A stretch of 64,000 nt of DNA, taken from positions 83,726-147,725 of the forward strand of contig CACNND010000001.1 in assembly GCA_902621725.1 (NCBI GenBank), given 5' to 3'. This DNA comes from an uncultured Alphaproteobacteria bacterium. GTDB lineage: Bacteria > Pseudomonadota > Alphaproteobacteria > HIMB59 > GCA-002718135. Positions 1 through 9,916 of this stretch are shown here, piece by piece. The notes under the pieces were generated by a model. The model had not been told where the DNA came from, did not search any database, and saw nothing but the letters and a program-made list of their open reading frames with translations. Within the stretch, counting starts at the first letter, position 1; each line of letters opens with the position of its first letter. Both the position numbers and the translations under genes were made by a program.

Positions 1-433
1 CAAGCGCCCTACTTATGGTATCGATATCTTTAAGGGTATTATTTGAAAAGAAAATAAATTCTAGAACTTCACTGGGTTGTTCTAAATTTTTTCTAAGCTC
101 GATAATTTTATTAAATTTTTCTTCTTTATAAAAAGATGCAGCTGTAATTATAAGAGCTTCGGCATTGTTATTATCCCGAGTCAAAATATTATTGGCGATT
201 TTTGATGCCAAATCTATATCTTCAGTAATAATAGCGGCGATAGCTTTATCCAAAAGACTATCTTGTGATAAATTTGCTGCATCCATGTCAAAATTGAAAA
301 GAGATGAACTGTAATCGTAATTCTCATAAGCAGATTGAGAAATTAGAAAGGATGAGCTAGTTAGTGCAAAAGCGCTGGAGTTAAGTATTAAAATATATGA
401 GATGAATTGTAGTTTTTTAATTAAATTAATCAT
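1..433 (-). CDS. Hypothetical exported protein, N-terminal part only (ORF runs off the window start)
   Basis: Manual reverse-strand translation from the ATG at 433-431 gives MINLIKKLQFISYILILNSSAFALTSSS... (signal-peptide-like) and stays open to position 1. It is absent from the ORF track because it has no stop in the window. No family recognised. Confidence 0.4.
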   Translation of the reverse strand, partial: MINLIKKLQFISYILILNSSAFALTSSSFLISQSAYENYDYSSSLFNFDMDAANLSQDSLLDKAIAAIITEDIDLASKIANNILTRDNNNAEALIITAASFYKEEKFNKIIELRKNLEQPSEVLEFIFFSNNTLKDIDTISRAL

Positions 434-480
434 TTCAAAAATAGTAGAGTTACACTATGAATAGATAATTGTAATTTTCC

Positions 481-1191
481 ATGAATCAATCAAATAAAAA
501 AAATTTAGAATTTATAATTAATTCTGGGGTAAACTACTTTCTTCAGGATTCTCCAAGAAATTGGTTTGAACATGAGAAAAAATTAGAACAGTCTGATTTT
601 AACAAAAATACTGGGGATAAAAAAACTCAAATTGATGAAGTTATAAAAGATTTAAAGAAACATAATTCTTCTCTTCAAAAAATGGCGACGAAATTAGTAG
701 TTTATGATGGTAACTTAAACGCAAAAGTTATGTTAATTGGTGAAGCACCAGGTAGAGATGAGGATCAGCAAGGTATTCCATTTGTTGGAAGAGCTGGGCA
801 ACTATTAAATAAAATGCTTTTAGCAATTAATTTACAAAGAGAAGACGTATACATTACTAATGTTGTCAATTGGCGTCCACCTGATAATAGAACGCCAAAT
901 GATGAAGAAATTTTAGAATTTTTGCCTTTTTTACAAAGACAAATTGATATTATTAAACCAAAATTTATCTTCCTATTGGGAGGTGTTGCAGCAAAAGCTA
1001 TTTTATCAACTCCTCTAGCACTTGGAAAACTCAGAGGTAAATGGCATGAATATAAATCACTTAATTTAGAACAAGGTATTCCTACAATAGCTTCCTATCA
1101 CCCTGCTTTTTTACTTCGATCTCCTCAATATAAAAAACATTCTTGGGAAGATTTACAAATGCTACAAAAAAAATTGAAAAATGTATCATAA
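481..1191 (+). CDS. Uracil-DNA glycosylase, family 4
   Basis: GEAPGRDEDQQGIPFVGRAGQLLNKML and HPAFLLR match the family-4 UDG motifs (GEAPG..E..G.PFVG.AG; HPS.LLR). It has an N-terminal extension of about 70 aa. Confidence 0.85.
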   Translation: MNQSNKKNLEFIINSGVNYFLQDSPRNWFEHEKKLEQSDFNKNTGDKKTQIDEVIKDLKKHNSSLQKMATKLVVYDGNLNAKVMLIGEAPGRDEDQQGIPFVGRAGQLLNKMLLAINLQREDVYITNVVNWRPPDNRTPNDEEILEFLPFLQRQIDIIKPKFIFLLGGVAAKAILSTPLALGKLRGKWHEYKSLNLEQGIPTIASYHPAFLLRSPQYKKHSWEDLQMLQKKLKNVS

Positions 1192-2926
1192 AAAATTTTC
1201 AATTTTTTGTTTATTTATATTCTTTGTAATTTTTTCAAAACAAATCTATGCGTACCAACAGGAAATAGTCGACAAATATGATAATATATTCTCATCAAAG
1301 GTTCTAAGTGATGAAGATGTATATAATTATCAACAAGCATACAAGTTTCAAGAAAAATGCAAATGGAAAAGTGCAAACAATTTTATTTTAAAAATTAAAA
1401 ATAAATCATTACTAGGACACATATATGCTCAAAAGTTTTTGCATCCAAATTGTTATCGATCAAAATATTTAGAATTATATTATTGGCTTAAAAAATATAA
1501 TGACCACCCTCAAGCAAAACAAATTTATAAATTAGCTATTCGAAGAATGCCGGCAGGTTATAAAAGTCCAACTAAACCTGGTGCTCCTATTGGGATAGAA
1601 TCAGAACAGGTAGTCAGCAAAAAGACTAGTAAATATAAAAGTCAAAAAAAACTATCTAAAAACCAGAGAGCTGAAAAAAGAAAATTAATTAATGGCATCA
1701 AATCTAGAGTAAACAAAGGGTGGCCAACTGGGGCACTGCAATTATTAAATCAAAGAGATGTAGACTTATTATTAGATCAAGTTGAGATAGATCAACAAAA
1801 GGAATTAATCGCAAAAGGGTATTTCCTAGCAGATAAAAATGACTTAGCAATCAAATATGCTTCTGAGGCTCTGGTTAATTCTGCAAAATATGTTCCTTAT
1901 GCAGCTTGGACGGCTGGTCTATGTTCTTGGAGACTAGAAAAATATGGAGATGCTGCAAAATATTTTTCACTTTTTTCCATTAGCTTAAAAGATGATGCGT
2001 GGCACCAAACATCAGGTAGTTTTTGGACAGCTAGATCATATGCAAAACTTGGCCGTTATGATGATATTAATTTTTGGTTAAAAAGAGCATCAAATAATCC
2101 AAATAGTTTTTATGGTATGCTTGCACTAGAAATTTTAGGAGTAGATAAAAAAATTGAATGGGTAGAGCATACTGATCTTAATAAAAACAATAGTACTATT
2201 TTAAATATACCCGCAGGAAAAAGAATACAGACACTGATACAAGTTGGTTTTGCGGATGAATTAGAAAAAGAAATTGTTCATATCAATTCTATTTTAAATA
2301 GAGAAATAGCAAAGGAATCTATTCAAATTGCTGAAAACTTTGACCTTGCCTATACTCAATTAAAGATTGTCAATAAGTTAGAAAATTTTGGTATGGATGT
2401 TCCTACCTACCTCTATTACCCTACTAGTGTTTGGAAACCACGGGATGGTTTCAAATTAGAAAAAGAATTACTTCACGCTTTCATGCATCAAGAATCTATG
2501 TTCAACATAAAAGCAAAAAGTAAAGATGGTGCCATAGGGTTAATGCAAGTGTTACCTTCAACAGCAAAATTTATTACAACAAGTAAAGATGTTAAACAAA
2601 GCAATAGTAATATTCTTAAAAATCCAGAGATAAATTTAGAGGTTGGACAAGAATATTTAAGGTATCTTCTTGATCTAGAGCAGGTTTCAAGAAATCTTAT
2701 ATTTCTCGCAGCAGCTTATAATGGTGGTCCTGGAAATTTACAAAAATGGAAAAATGAAACAAATTATATGGAAGACTCACTCTTTTTTATGGAAAGTATT
2801 CCATCAAGAGAAACAAGGTGGTTCATAGAAAAGATCTTAACAAAATATTGGATTTACCAAAATAAAAATAATAAAGAAATGCATTCCCTTAAAATGCTAG
2901 CAAACGGAAAAGATCCACTTTATTAA
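1181..2926 (+). CDS. Soluble lytic murein transglycosylase (Slt-like), exported
   Basis: N-terminal signal peptide and a C-terminal SLT domain (HQESMFN..., GLMQVLPSTA, AAYNGGPGN). Overlaps the UDG gene by 11 nt. Confidence 0.85.
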   Translation: MYHKKFSIFCLFIFFVIFSKQIYAYQQEIVDKYDNIFSSKVLSDEDVYNYQQAYKFQEKCKWKSANNFILKIKNKSLLGHIYAQKFLHPNCYRSKYLELYYWLKKYNDHPQAKQIYKLAIRRMPAGYKSPTKPGAPIGIESEQVVSKKTSKYKSQKKLSKNQRAEKRKLINGIKSRVNKGWPTGALQLLNQRDVDLLLDQVEIDQQKELIAKGYFLADKNDLAIKYASEALVNSAKYVPYAAWTAGLCSWRLEKYGDAAKYFSLFSISLKDDAWHQTSGSFWTARSYAKLGRYDDINFWLKRASNNPNSFYGMLALEILGVDKKIEWVEHTDLNKNNSTILNIPAGKRIQTLIQVGFADELEKEIVHINSILNREIAKESIQIAENFDLAYTQLKIVNKLENFGMDVPTYLYYPTSVWKPRDGFKLEKELLHAFMHQESMFNIKAKSKDGAIGLMQVLPSTAKFITTSKDVKQSNSNILKNPEINLEVGQEYLRYLLDLEQVSRNLIFLAAAYNGGPGNLQKWKNETNYMEDSLFFMESIPSRETRWFIEKILTKYWIYQNKNNKEMHSLKMLANGKDPLY

Positions 2927-2932
2927 TAGATT

Positions 2933-3460
2933 ATGCCAATTGATACTACTCTAGATTTTGTTCCCATAAATATTGCTGTAATTACAATTTCTGACTCAAG
3001 AACAAAAGAAAACGATACATCTGGAGATACATTAGAAAAACGCATTACTGATGCTGGTCATAAAATGGTTAAACGTACAATTATACCAGATGATGTTTCT
3101 CAAATAAAAGATACCTTAGATACAATGTCAAAAGAAGAAAATATTGATTGCATTATTACAACTGGTGGAACTGGTCTAACAGGAAGAGATACAACACCAG
3201 AAGCTGTAAGTGCTATAGCTAGTAAACATATTGATGGATTTGGTGAATTGTTTCGCCAAGTTAGTTTTGAAAAAATTGGTACATCGGCTATTCAATCACG
3301 AGCTGTTGCAGCCTTAATAAATAGTACGTATGTTTTTTGTTTACCAGGATCAACAGGTGCGTGCAAAGATGGTTGGGATAAAATTTTACAATATCAATTA
3401 GACATTAGACATAAGCCCTGTAATTTTGTTGAAATCATGCCAAGATTAAATGAAAAATAG
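2933..3460 (+). CDS. moaB: Molybdenum cofactor biosynthesis protein B (MoaB/Mog fold)
   Basis: TTGGTGLTGRDTTPEA motif, about 175 aa, typical MoaB length and layout. Confidence 0.8.
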   Translation: MPIDTTLDFVPINIAVITISDSRTKENDTSGDTLEKRITDAGHKMVKRTIIPDDVSQIKDTLDTMSKEENIDCIITTGGTGLTGRDTTPEAVSAIASKHIDGFGELFRQVSFEKIGTSAIQSRAVAALINSTYVFCLPGSTGACKDGWDKILQYQLDIRHKPCNFVEIMPRLNEK

Positions 3461-4074
3461 TGACTGATTTTTCTATAGAGAAATCAATTGATGGACCTGT
3501 AATTGGTTTAGATGAAGTTGGTAGAGGTCCGTTGGCAGGCCCTGTGGTGAGTTGTGGATGTTATTTTTCTAATTATGATGATTTAGAAACAGAAATACCC
3601 ATAACTGATTCAAAGAAACATACAGCAAAACAAAGAGAAAAATTATTTTTATTTTTTAAAAAATTACAAAAAGAAAAAAAACTTCAATATTACTTAGGGT
3701 ATGCGAGTGTAGAAGAAATAGATACAATTAATATTTTGGAAGCAACAAAATTATCGATGAAAAGAGTAATAGATAAATTTAATTTTGAAAATCCCCATCT
3801 TATAATTGATGGTAATTTTTCACTAAATTATCAAAATGAAAAATCTATAATAGGCGGAGATAAAAAATCTTTATCGATCGCAAGTGCATCTATTATTGCA
3901 AAAGTTCACCGTGATCGACTGATGAAAATGCTAGATACTAAGTTTATATTTTATGATTGGAAAAAAAATGCAGGTTACGGAACTAAAAAACATATTGATG
4001 CAATACACAAACACGGTGTAACTCAATTTCACCGAAAATCATTTGAACCAATTAAATCGTTATTAAAAAAATAA
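3460..4074 (+). CDS. rnhB: Ribonuclease HII
   Basis: GLDEVGRGPLAGPVV active-site motif. GTG start overlaps the moaB stop by 1 nt (TAGTG). Confidence 0.9.
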   Translation: MTDFSIEKSIDGPVIGLDEVGRGPLAGPVVSCGCYFSNYDDLETEIPITDSKKHTAKQREKLFLFFKKLQKEKKLQYYLGYASVEEIDTINILEATKLSMKRVIDKFNFENPHLIIDGNFSLNYQNEKSIIGGDKKSLSIASASIIAKVHRDRLMKMLDTKFIFYDWKKNAGYGTKKHIDAIHKHGVTQFHRKSFEPIKSLLKK

Positions 4075-4197
4075 ATTACTCAAATTGTCCATGCAAAGAA
4101 TGCATACCAAATATTATTTTATTATGCTTCAAAAAGATGCGACAAACATTAAATATATATTATGTTTCATCATTCCTCCCATTTGATGAACAATTTC

Positions 4198-4228
4198 AGG
4201 GGTCTACGGACCCCTTTTTTTATTTTTT
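4198..4228 (+). terminator. Rho-independent terminator (GC hairpin plus T-tract)
   Basis: GGGGTC (4199-4204) pairs with GACCCC (4209-4214) around a 4-nt loop. It is followed by TTTTTTTATTTTTT. This is one of very few GC-rich hairpins in the window. Confidence 0.7.
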
Positions 4229-4260
4229 AATAAAGTTTTTTAAGGTTATCCCTACCTAAA

Positions 4261-4314
4261 GATTCCACCTGTTGATAACTCAATTGACCTGATTCCATAT
4301 CTGCTTAAAGATTC
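4261..4314 (+). promoter_or_regulatory. Cluster of three GANTC (GATTC) sites in the ccrM upstream region
   Basis: GATTC at 4261-4265, 4291-4295 and 4310-4314, all within 66 nt of the ccrM ATG at 4327. From base composition I expect roughly one GANTC per several hundred bp. Confidence 0.5.
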
Positions 4315-4326
4315 TTTTTATCAATT

Positions 4327-5397
4327 ATGAAGAAAAATCAAATTATATTAGGTGATTCTATTAAGGAATTGAGAAAATTTAAGGATCATTCAGTTGATCT
4401 AATCTTTGCTGACCCACCCTATAATCTTCAATTAAAAGATACGTTATACAGACCTGATCAAACAACGGTGGAAGCTGTAACACAAGACTGGGATAAATTT
4501 AGTACGTATAAAGAATATGATCAATTTACCAATGCGTGGCTTAGTGAATGTAAACGTGTTTTAAAAAAAGGTGGTGCGCTTTGGGTGATTGGAAGTTATC
4601 ATAACATTTTACGTGTAGGCTCCACAATTCAAGATGAGGGATTATGGATTTTAAATGATATTATTTGGCATAAAACAAATCCTATGCCAAATTTTCGTGG
4701 TACACGTTTTACAAATGCCCATGAAACATTATTATGGTGCACAACATCAAGAGAAGCGAAATACACATTCAACTATCAAAATCTCAAAGAACTAAATGAA
4801 GGAAAACAAATGCGTAGTGACTGGTATATTCCTATTTGTTCAGGGAAAGAAAGATTACGTAAAGATAATAACCAACGTTCACACCCAACACAAAAACCAG
4901 AAGCTCTTCTCTACCGAATTTTATTAGCCTCGACAAACAAAGGTGACCTTGTTCTTGATCCCTTTTCTGGAAGTGGAACAACTGCTGTTGTTGCAAAAAA
5001 ATTACAACGGAACTTTATTGGCATAGAAAAAGATAAAGATTACGTCAAACTTTCAAAAGAACGGTTAAAGAAAACAAAAGTATTAAAAGAAGATGTTGTG
5101 ACTATTGCAAAAAGTAGAAAAGAGTTACCAAAAGTTCCTTTTGGTGAATTAGTCGAGCAAGGAATTATTCCACCAGGTGCCGTATTAACAGATAAAAAGG
5201 AACGTTTTAAAGCAACGGTTAGTATTGATGGAACACTTAAAATAAAAGATTTAACAGGTTCTATTCATCAAATGGGAGCAAAGATACAAGGACTACCAAG
5301 TTGTAATGGATGGGATTTTTGGCATGTAAAGAACAAGTCTAAATCAATCCTACTAGATGAAATACGATCTAATTACCGTAAAGATAAACTAAATTAG
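4327..5397 (+). CDS. ccrM: CcrM-type N6-adenine DNA methyltransferase (GANTC-specific family)
   Basis: DPPY motif (FADPPYNL) comes before the FSGSGTT AdoMet motif (beta-class order). The C-terminal extension of about 80 aa is typical of CcrM. Confidence 0.9.
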   Translation: MKKNQIILGDSIKELRKFKDHSVDLIFADPPYNLQLKDTLYRPDQTTVEAVTQDWDKFSTYKEYDQFTNAWLSECKRVLKKGGALWVIGSYHNILRVGSTIQDEGLWILNDIIWHKTNPMPNFRGTRFTNAHETLLWCTTSREAKYTFNYQNLKELNEGKQMRSDWYIPICSGKERLRKDNNQRSHPTQKPEALLYRILLASTNKGDLVLDPFSGSGTTAVVAKKLQRNFIGIEKDKDYVKLSKERLKKTKVLKEDVVTIAKSRKELPKVPFGELVEQGIIPPGAVLTDKKERFKATVSIDGTLKIKDLTGSIHQMGAKIQGLPSCNGWDFWHVKNKSKSILLDEIRSNYRKDKLN

Positions 5398-5402
5398 TAT
5401 TT

Positions 5403-7889
5403 TTAAAAATTGTACGTGAGCATTAATTCTGCTTCTTGATTAGAATTATTACTAATAAACTGATTAGCATTAAACCCTAAATCAAAACCATATATATTTT
5501 TTGATATACCAAGTTTAGCCTCTGTGTTTTCATCACCAGCTAATGACAGACTGTATTGTGTCTCACGATTTGATATAAAGTTAATAGCAAAATCTATAGT
5601 ATCTCTACGTTCACTCCTGTTACCTTGAACCCTACTATAACTAGAGTTAATATTTAAATAATCTCCAGCAATAAATGTTAACCCAATCATAGAGCTGATT
5701 AAATGATCTGAATTAGCTTCTTGCGTATAAGTATAAATTGTTGAAGTGTCTGTTACATAATTGATCTTGGCATCAGATTTGTTACTAAAATCAGTAATAA
5801 ATTTAAGCGATCCAAATGGTTGAAATTTATTTTCATTAAACTGAATATTATCACTAACTTCAAAACCAAATGAGGCTAATCCACTCTCAATTCTCTGACT
5901 TGCATAATACAACGCATTTAATCCAGTCTCCTTGTAGTCATCAAGTTTAGTATAACCTAAATCAAGACGTCCAATTGGTGTTATATTAAAATCACCTTTA
6001 TCAATTGTTTTACCGTAATTAATAGAGCCAAATATTTGTGTTCCATCCCGCGTCCCAGTTAATACATTAGAATTATGGACTCTTTTCAAATCACTTTCTA
6101 TTAACCCTATGCCTAATAATGTTTCGATAAAATTATTATTATCAAGTGGCCTTGCTCGGTAAATAGAGAAATTTATATTTTCACTATCAACACTTGTTCC
6201 ATTTGTTCCAATATCCGTATCACTTTCACCATACTGAATAGCAAAACCAAGAAAATCACTATCACTTAATTTTTTATCAAATCCTAATGCTACTGCTTGA
6301 CCTTCAGTTTCTTGTTTTGATGAATTTATACTATCACCAATTTTTGATACATAAGTTGATCCAGATGTCCATGCAGACCAATTACCTGGCATAATGGAAT
6401 TGGTATTTTTTTCTATATTATCATTTGCTAATGAGGCAAGAATGTTATTATCAATATCTAATTGTAATCCTTGGCTCGACAAAGAATCACTTAATCTATT
6501 TTGTCTTAAAAATCGTAAACGATTTGAGACAGTATCAATAGACTGACTAATATAGTTTTTTGCTAATTCACTTTGCGCATCTATGGAGCCTACAACATCT
6601 TTAATTGTTGTTGGATCCAACCTATCATCGCTAACAGTAAAACTTAAAGTCGTTGTTGACGTTATACCAGCATAAGAAGCATCACTTCCATCATCAAAAG
6701 CTGTAGCATCAATTAATACATAATATTCAACATTATATTCAAAATCTGAGCTGGGATTAATTGTTATCGCTGTTGTTCCAGTACCAGTTACTTGACTACT
6801 GGTGACATCTATTGTTTCAACAAGAGAATTATCAGATGTTTTATAAATTTCTATATTACCACTTTCTACATCCATCTTTTCACTAAAGGTTAGAACTATA
6901 TTAGCATCTATTGAAACACCTGTAGCGTTATCCGCTGGTGAAGAAGAGCTTAGAGTCGGAACTGCTAAATTATAAGCTGCATTATTTAAGGTATATTCAT
7001 TAACTTCATCATTACTACCACCAGTTTTATCGCCATCAGTTCCCGTAATAAATACTTTACTACCATCATCATTAAAAGCTATACCTTCAGGTTGCACTTC
7101 CTCATCTGCTACACTATATTCATCAACGAGAGTTGCACTAGAAATATCAAAACCTGTTGTTAAACTATATTCATAAATCTTTCGTTCGATTCTATTCAAA
7201 ACAAATAATGTAGTTCCATCACTACTGAATGCCAACGATGATGCGCCAGAAGTTACAGTTAAACTATCCACATATGTTACTGTTGATGATAAATCAAATG
7301 CAGTTTCAACAGTGTATTCATCGATTTCATCGCCATCCTCAATAAACAACTTTGTACCAGTAGAATCGAATTCTATTGCCAAAAAATTTCCAGACTCGTC
7401 AGGATCAAAAGTATTAAGGTGAGTTGCCGATGATATTTCATAGGGTACGGTAAGCCTATATGTTATTACACCATGTTGGTTTACCGAAAGATACATTCTA
7501 TCGCCGTCTTCATTAAATCTTATATCATGAATTCTTGTACCTCCTCCATTTGTTGAAAATTTTAAATCTGTTATAACAGTCGTAGTAGCCTCACCATCAT
7601 CTGTATCTCTTATTTGTTTTTCAAAGCTTTTTGTTGATACGTCATATGAAGTAGTTAAATCATATTGAACTACAACATTTTTAAAGCCTGGGTCGGTACC
7701 AACAATATACATTTTATCACCATCATCATCGAATGTTATCCCGTAAGATAAACTAAATTCAGTATGAGTTGCTGCAGCATCCTCATGATTTATATCTGCT
7801 TTAAGAGAATTGATAAAAATACAATTGAAAAATAAGAAAATTAAAAGATAGATTAAATATTTTTTTATTTTGACCAAACTTACAAACAT
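5403..7889 (-). CDS. Autotransporter (type Va) outer-membrane protein with a beta-propeller-repeat and Ig-like passenger
   Basis: Signal peptide, then five or more repeats of F(N/S/D)xDG(D/T/S)(K/R)(M/L)(Y/F)(I/V) (YVTN-like blades). Next comes an SbsA/Big_5-like segment (PADNATGVSIDANIVLTFSEKMD). The C-terminal 280 aa or so have alternating beta-barrel character and end in ...LMLTYNF. Confidence 0.75.
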   Translation of the reverse strand: MFVSLVKIKKYLIYLLIFLFFNCIFINSLKADINHEDAAATHTEFSLSYGITFDDDGDKMYIVGTDPGFKNVVVQYDLTTSYDVSTKSFEKQIRDTDDGEATTTVITDLKFSTNGGGTRIHDIRFNEDGDRMYLSVNQHGVITYRLTVPYEISSATHLNTFDPDESGNFLAIEFDSTGTKLFIEDGDEIDEYTVETAFDLSSTVTYVDSLTVTSGASSLAFSSDGTTLFVLNRIERKIYEYSLTTGFDISSATLVDEYSVADEEVQPEGIAFNDDGSKVFITGTDGDKTGGSNDEVNEYTLNNAAYNLAVPTLSSSSPADNATGVSIDANIVLTFSEKMDVESGNIEIYKTSDNSLVETIDVTSSQVTGTGTTAITINPSSDFEYNVEYYVLIDATAFDDGSDASYAGITSTTTLSFTVSDDRLDPTTIKDVVGSIDAQSELAKNYISQSIDTVSNRLRFLRQNRLSDSLSSQGLQLDIDNNILASLANDNIEKNTNSIMPGNWSAWTSGSTYVSKIGDSINSSKQETEGQAVALGFDKKLSDSDFLGFAIQYGESDTDIGTNGTSVDSENINFSIYRARPLDNNNFIETLLGIGLIESDLKRVHNSNVLTGTRDGTQIFGSINYGKTIDKGDFNITPIGRLDLGYTKLDDYKETGLNALYYASQRIESGLASFGFEVSDNIQFNENKFQPFGSLKFITDFSNKSDAKINYVTDTSTIYTYTQEANSDHLISSMIGLTFIAGDYLNINSSYSRVQGNRSERRDTIDFAINFISNRETQYSLSLAGDENTEAKLGISKNIYGFDLGFNANQFISNNSNQEAELMLTYNF

Positions 7890-7996
7890 AAAACTTTTAA
7901 TAACATTTGGCCTTTTTTATTTTAAAATAGGGCTAGTGGCCGACCTATTTGAAAAACTCTTTGTCTTTTTACGTATTTTTCGAAAATTTAATAGAA

Positions 7997-9313
7997 TTAT
8001 TCTTGGATGCGGCCATAGATTCTAGGCATGTAGACAAACAGAGTGAGTGCTCTTGCAATAAAGAAAAGACAAAGAGATATCCATAATCCTGTATTCCCAA
8101 AACTTGCTATTAAAAAGAAAGAGACAACAATATAGATAGCGACAGAGATGATCATGGCATTTCGCAGTTCTCTTGTTTGTGAGGCGCCAATAAAAATACC
8201 ATCAAATAGAAAACAAAAAGAGGCTGCAAAAGGAATAATTATAGCCCAGTAAGAGTAAGAAAAACTAATCTCTCTTATTGCAGATAAATCTGTCATTAAA
8301 ATAATATAATAATTTTTAATTAAGAAAACGATTAAACAAATTACTAAACCTGTTGCTGTATTTAAAATAAAAGAGTTTTTTATAACATCTTTTAATAATT
8401 TTAGATTTTTTGACCCAATAGAATACCCAACAATACCCTCAGTAGAAAAAGCATAAGCATCAAGGATATAAGCAGATAGCATGATAAAATTTAGTAGTAT
8501 GGTATTTGCAGCAACTGTTTCTTCACTAATAGAATTGCCAAGATAGGTAAAATATACAAAAGAAAAGGCAAGAAGAATAGATCTAATAAATATATTAAAG
8601 TTGATATTAAATATATTTTTAACCTTATTGAGATTAAAAATTTTTTTTGTATTGAATTCTAATTTTACAATCTTGCTTAAGGCAAAAAAAGTATAAAATA
8701 AAAAAATAATCGATGTCAGTGTTGAAGCTACGAGCGTTCCTAACGCAACGCCTAAAACATTTAAATTAAAATATAAAACAAAGACCAAACTTAAAATTAT
8801 ATTCGCAACAGAATAAAACCCTACAACTAGGCTAGACGTTTTTGTTTTTTGTAAACCAATAAATAAACCGGTAATCACAAAAATCGTTAACTCGCCAAAA
8901 GAGGAGTAAATGCGTAGAATAAAATAATCTTTAAAATACTTTTTTGTTTCTTGAGATAAATCAAAAATGGATAAAGATATATTATATATGTAGGTTTGAA
9001 AAATAACTATTAGAAGCGAAATAATAATAACAAATGCAATGTTACGTAAAAAAATATTTATAATTTCTTTATAATCATTAGATCCATCTGCTTGTGCTAT
9101 CATTCCAACTGTTCCTGAACGTAAAAAACCAAAACTGCCAAAAAGAATGGAGAAGATACTTGCTGCAATACTAGTAGCTACTAAGTAACTAGTATTATCA
9201 AGATTACCCATTAAACCCGTATCAACAATAGCTACAAAAGGAACGACTAAATTTGCAAAGAATATAGGAATAGATAATTTAAAAATATTTTGAATGGATG
9301 ATTTCGATGACAT
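7997..9313 (-). CDS. MATE family efflux transporter
   Basis: 438 aa and about 12 predicted TM helices. The N-terminal IPIFFANLVVPFVAIVDTGLMG pattern is typical of the MATE/DinF-NorM family. Confidence 0.8.
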   Translation of the reverse strand: MSSKSSIQNIFKLSIPIFFANLVVPFVAIVDTGLMGNLDNTSYLVATSIAASIFSILFGSFGFLRSGTVGMIAQADGSNDYKEIINIFLRNIAFVIIISLLIVIFQTYIYNISLSIFDLSQETKKYFKDYFILRIYSSFGELTIFVITGLFIGLQKTKTSSLVVGFYSVANIILSLVFVLYFNLNVLGVALGTLVASTLTSIIFLFYTFFALSKIVKLEFNTKKIFNLNKVKNIFNINFNIFIRSILLAFSFVYFTYLGNSISEETVAANTILLNFIMLSAYILDAYAFSTEGIVGYSIGSKNLKLLKDVIKNSFILNTATGLVICLIVFLIKNYYIILMTDLSAIREISFSYSYWAIIIPFAASFCFLFDGIFIGASQTRELRNAMIISVAIYIVVSFFLIASFGNTGLWISLCLFFIARALTLFVYMPRIYGRIQE

Positions 9314-9430
9314 TTTTAATGTAGTAAGAATTTATATTAGTAAAACTTGATAATAAGTCCTTAAGTTGACTTTAATATCAAAATATTCACTATCTTTATT
9401 TATCAAATCTTATAAAGCAATATACTTAAA

Positions 9431-9910
9431 ATGAAAATTGGCAGATACAAATACGAGTTTGATTTCTTTAGTTGGATCAAAAAAACTGAGCTAGTTGAAC
9501 TAGATGGTGTTAACCCATCTGATGATCCGGTGCGCCCAGAACTGGATAATGATTTTCGTACATCAAAAGGAAGAAAAATTTTTGGCCTTAAATATAAAGA
9601 TGATATTGAAGGTATTGCCTGCTTTGCCTTTACAAATGAAATACCTGCAACCATTAAAGAAATGGATTTAATGAGCGTTGAAGAAGATCAAGCAACCATT
9701 CCTATTGCCTATACGTTATGGTCTTTTAAAAAAGGAGCTGGGAAAAAGATTATGAAAGAACTGCAAAAATATATCAAATCAAAAAAGCAGTTTGAGAGTA
9801 TTATTACCATTTCTCCCCTAACTCCTGTTGCTACTCATTATCATATTCGAAATGGAGCACGATTAATAAAAATTAATCCAACAACACAAAATTTTGAGTA
9901 TAAAATTTAA
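9431..9910 (+). CDS. Hypothetical protein, possible acyl-CoA N-acyltransferase (GNAT-like) fold
   Basis: 159 aa. Only weak support: KKGAGKKIM resembles the GNAT R/QxxGxG/A CoA-binding loop. The antisense ORF 9403..9654 is rejected. Confidence 0.35.
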   Translation: MKIGRYKYEFDFFSWIKKTELVELDGVNPSDDPVRPELDNDFRTSKGRKIFGLKYKDDIEGIACFAFTNEIPATIKEMDLMSVEEDQATIPIAYTLWSFKKGAGKKIMKELQKYIKSKKQFESIITISPLTPVATHYHIRNGARLIKINPTTQNFEYKI

Positions 9911-9916
9911 AAGTAA

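Noticed and set aside
4124-4186. 20-aa plus-strand mini-ORF (MLQKDATNIKYILCFIIPPI) and a 14-aa minus-strand mini-ORF (MMKHNIYLMFVASF, preceded by GGGAGGA) in the rnhB-ccrM gap
   Set aside because: Too short to support. The plus-strand ORF has no SD. The apparent SD of the minus-strand ORF is simply the complement of the CCUCCC loop. I treat the region as an RNA element instead. A tiny peptide cannot be excluded.
4226-4260. Possible CtrA box (TTAA-N7-TTAA) upstream of ccrM
   Set aside because: The only TTAA pair I found (TTAATAAAGTTTTTTAA) has a 9-nt spacer, not 7. TTAA is too common in this AT-rich DNA to be meaningful.
7925-7950. 7-bp AT-rich stem (AAATAGG/CCTATTT) downstream of the MATE gene as a possible terminator
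   Set aside because: Weak stem, 12-nt loop, and only four U residues before an A-run on the minus strand. This is not enough to call a terminator.
9403-9654. 83-aa minus-strand ORF overlapping the 5' half of 9431..9910
   Set aside because: Ser/Leu/Pro-rich low-complexity translation typical of the antisense frame of a Lys/Glu-rich gene. No SD. The plus-strand ORF is longer and has more protein-like composition.
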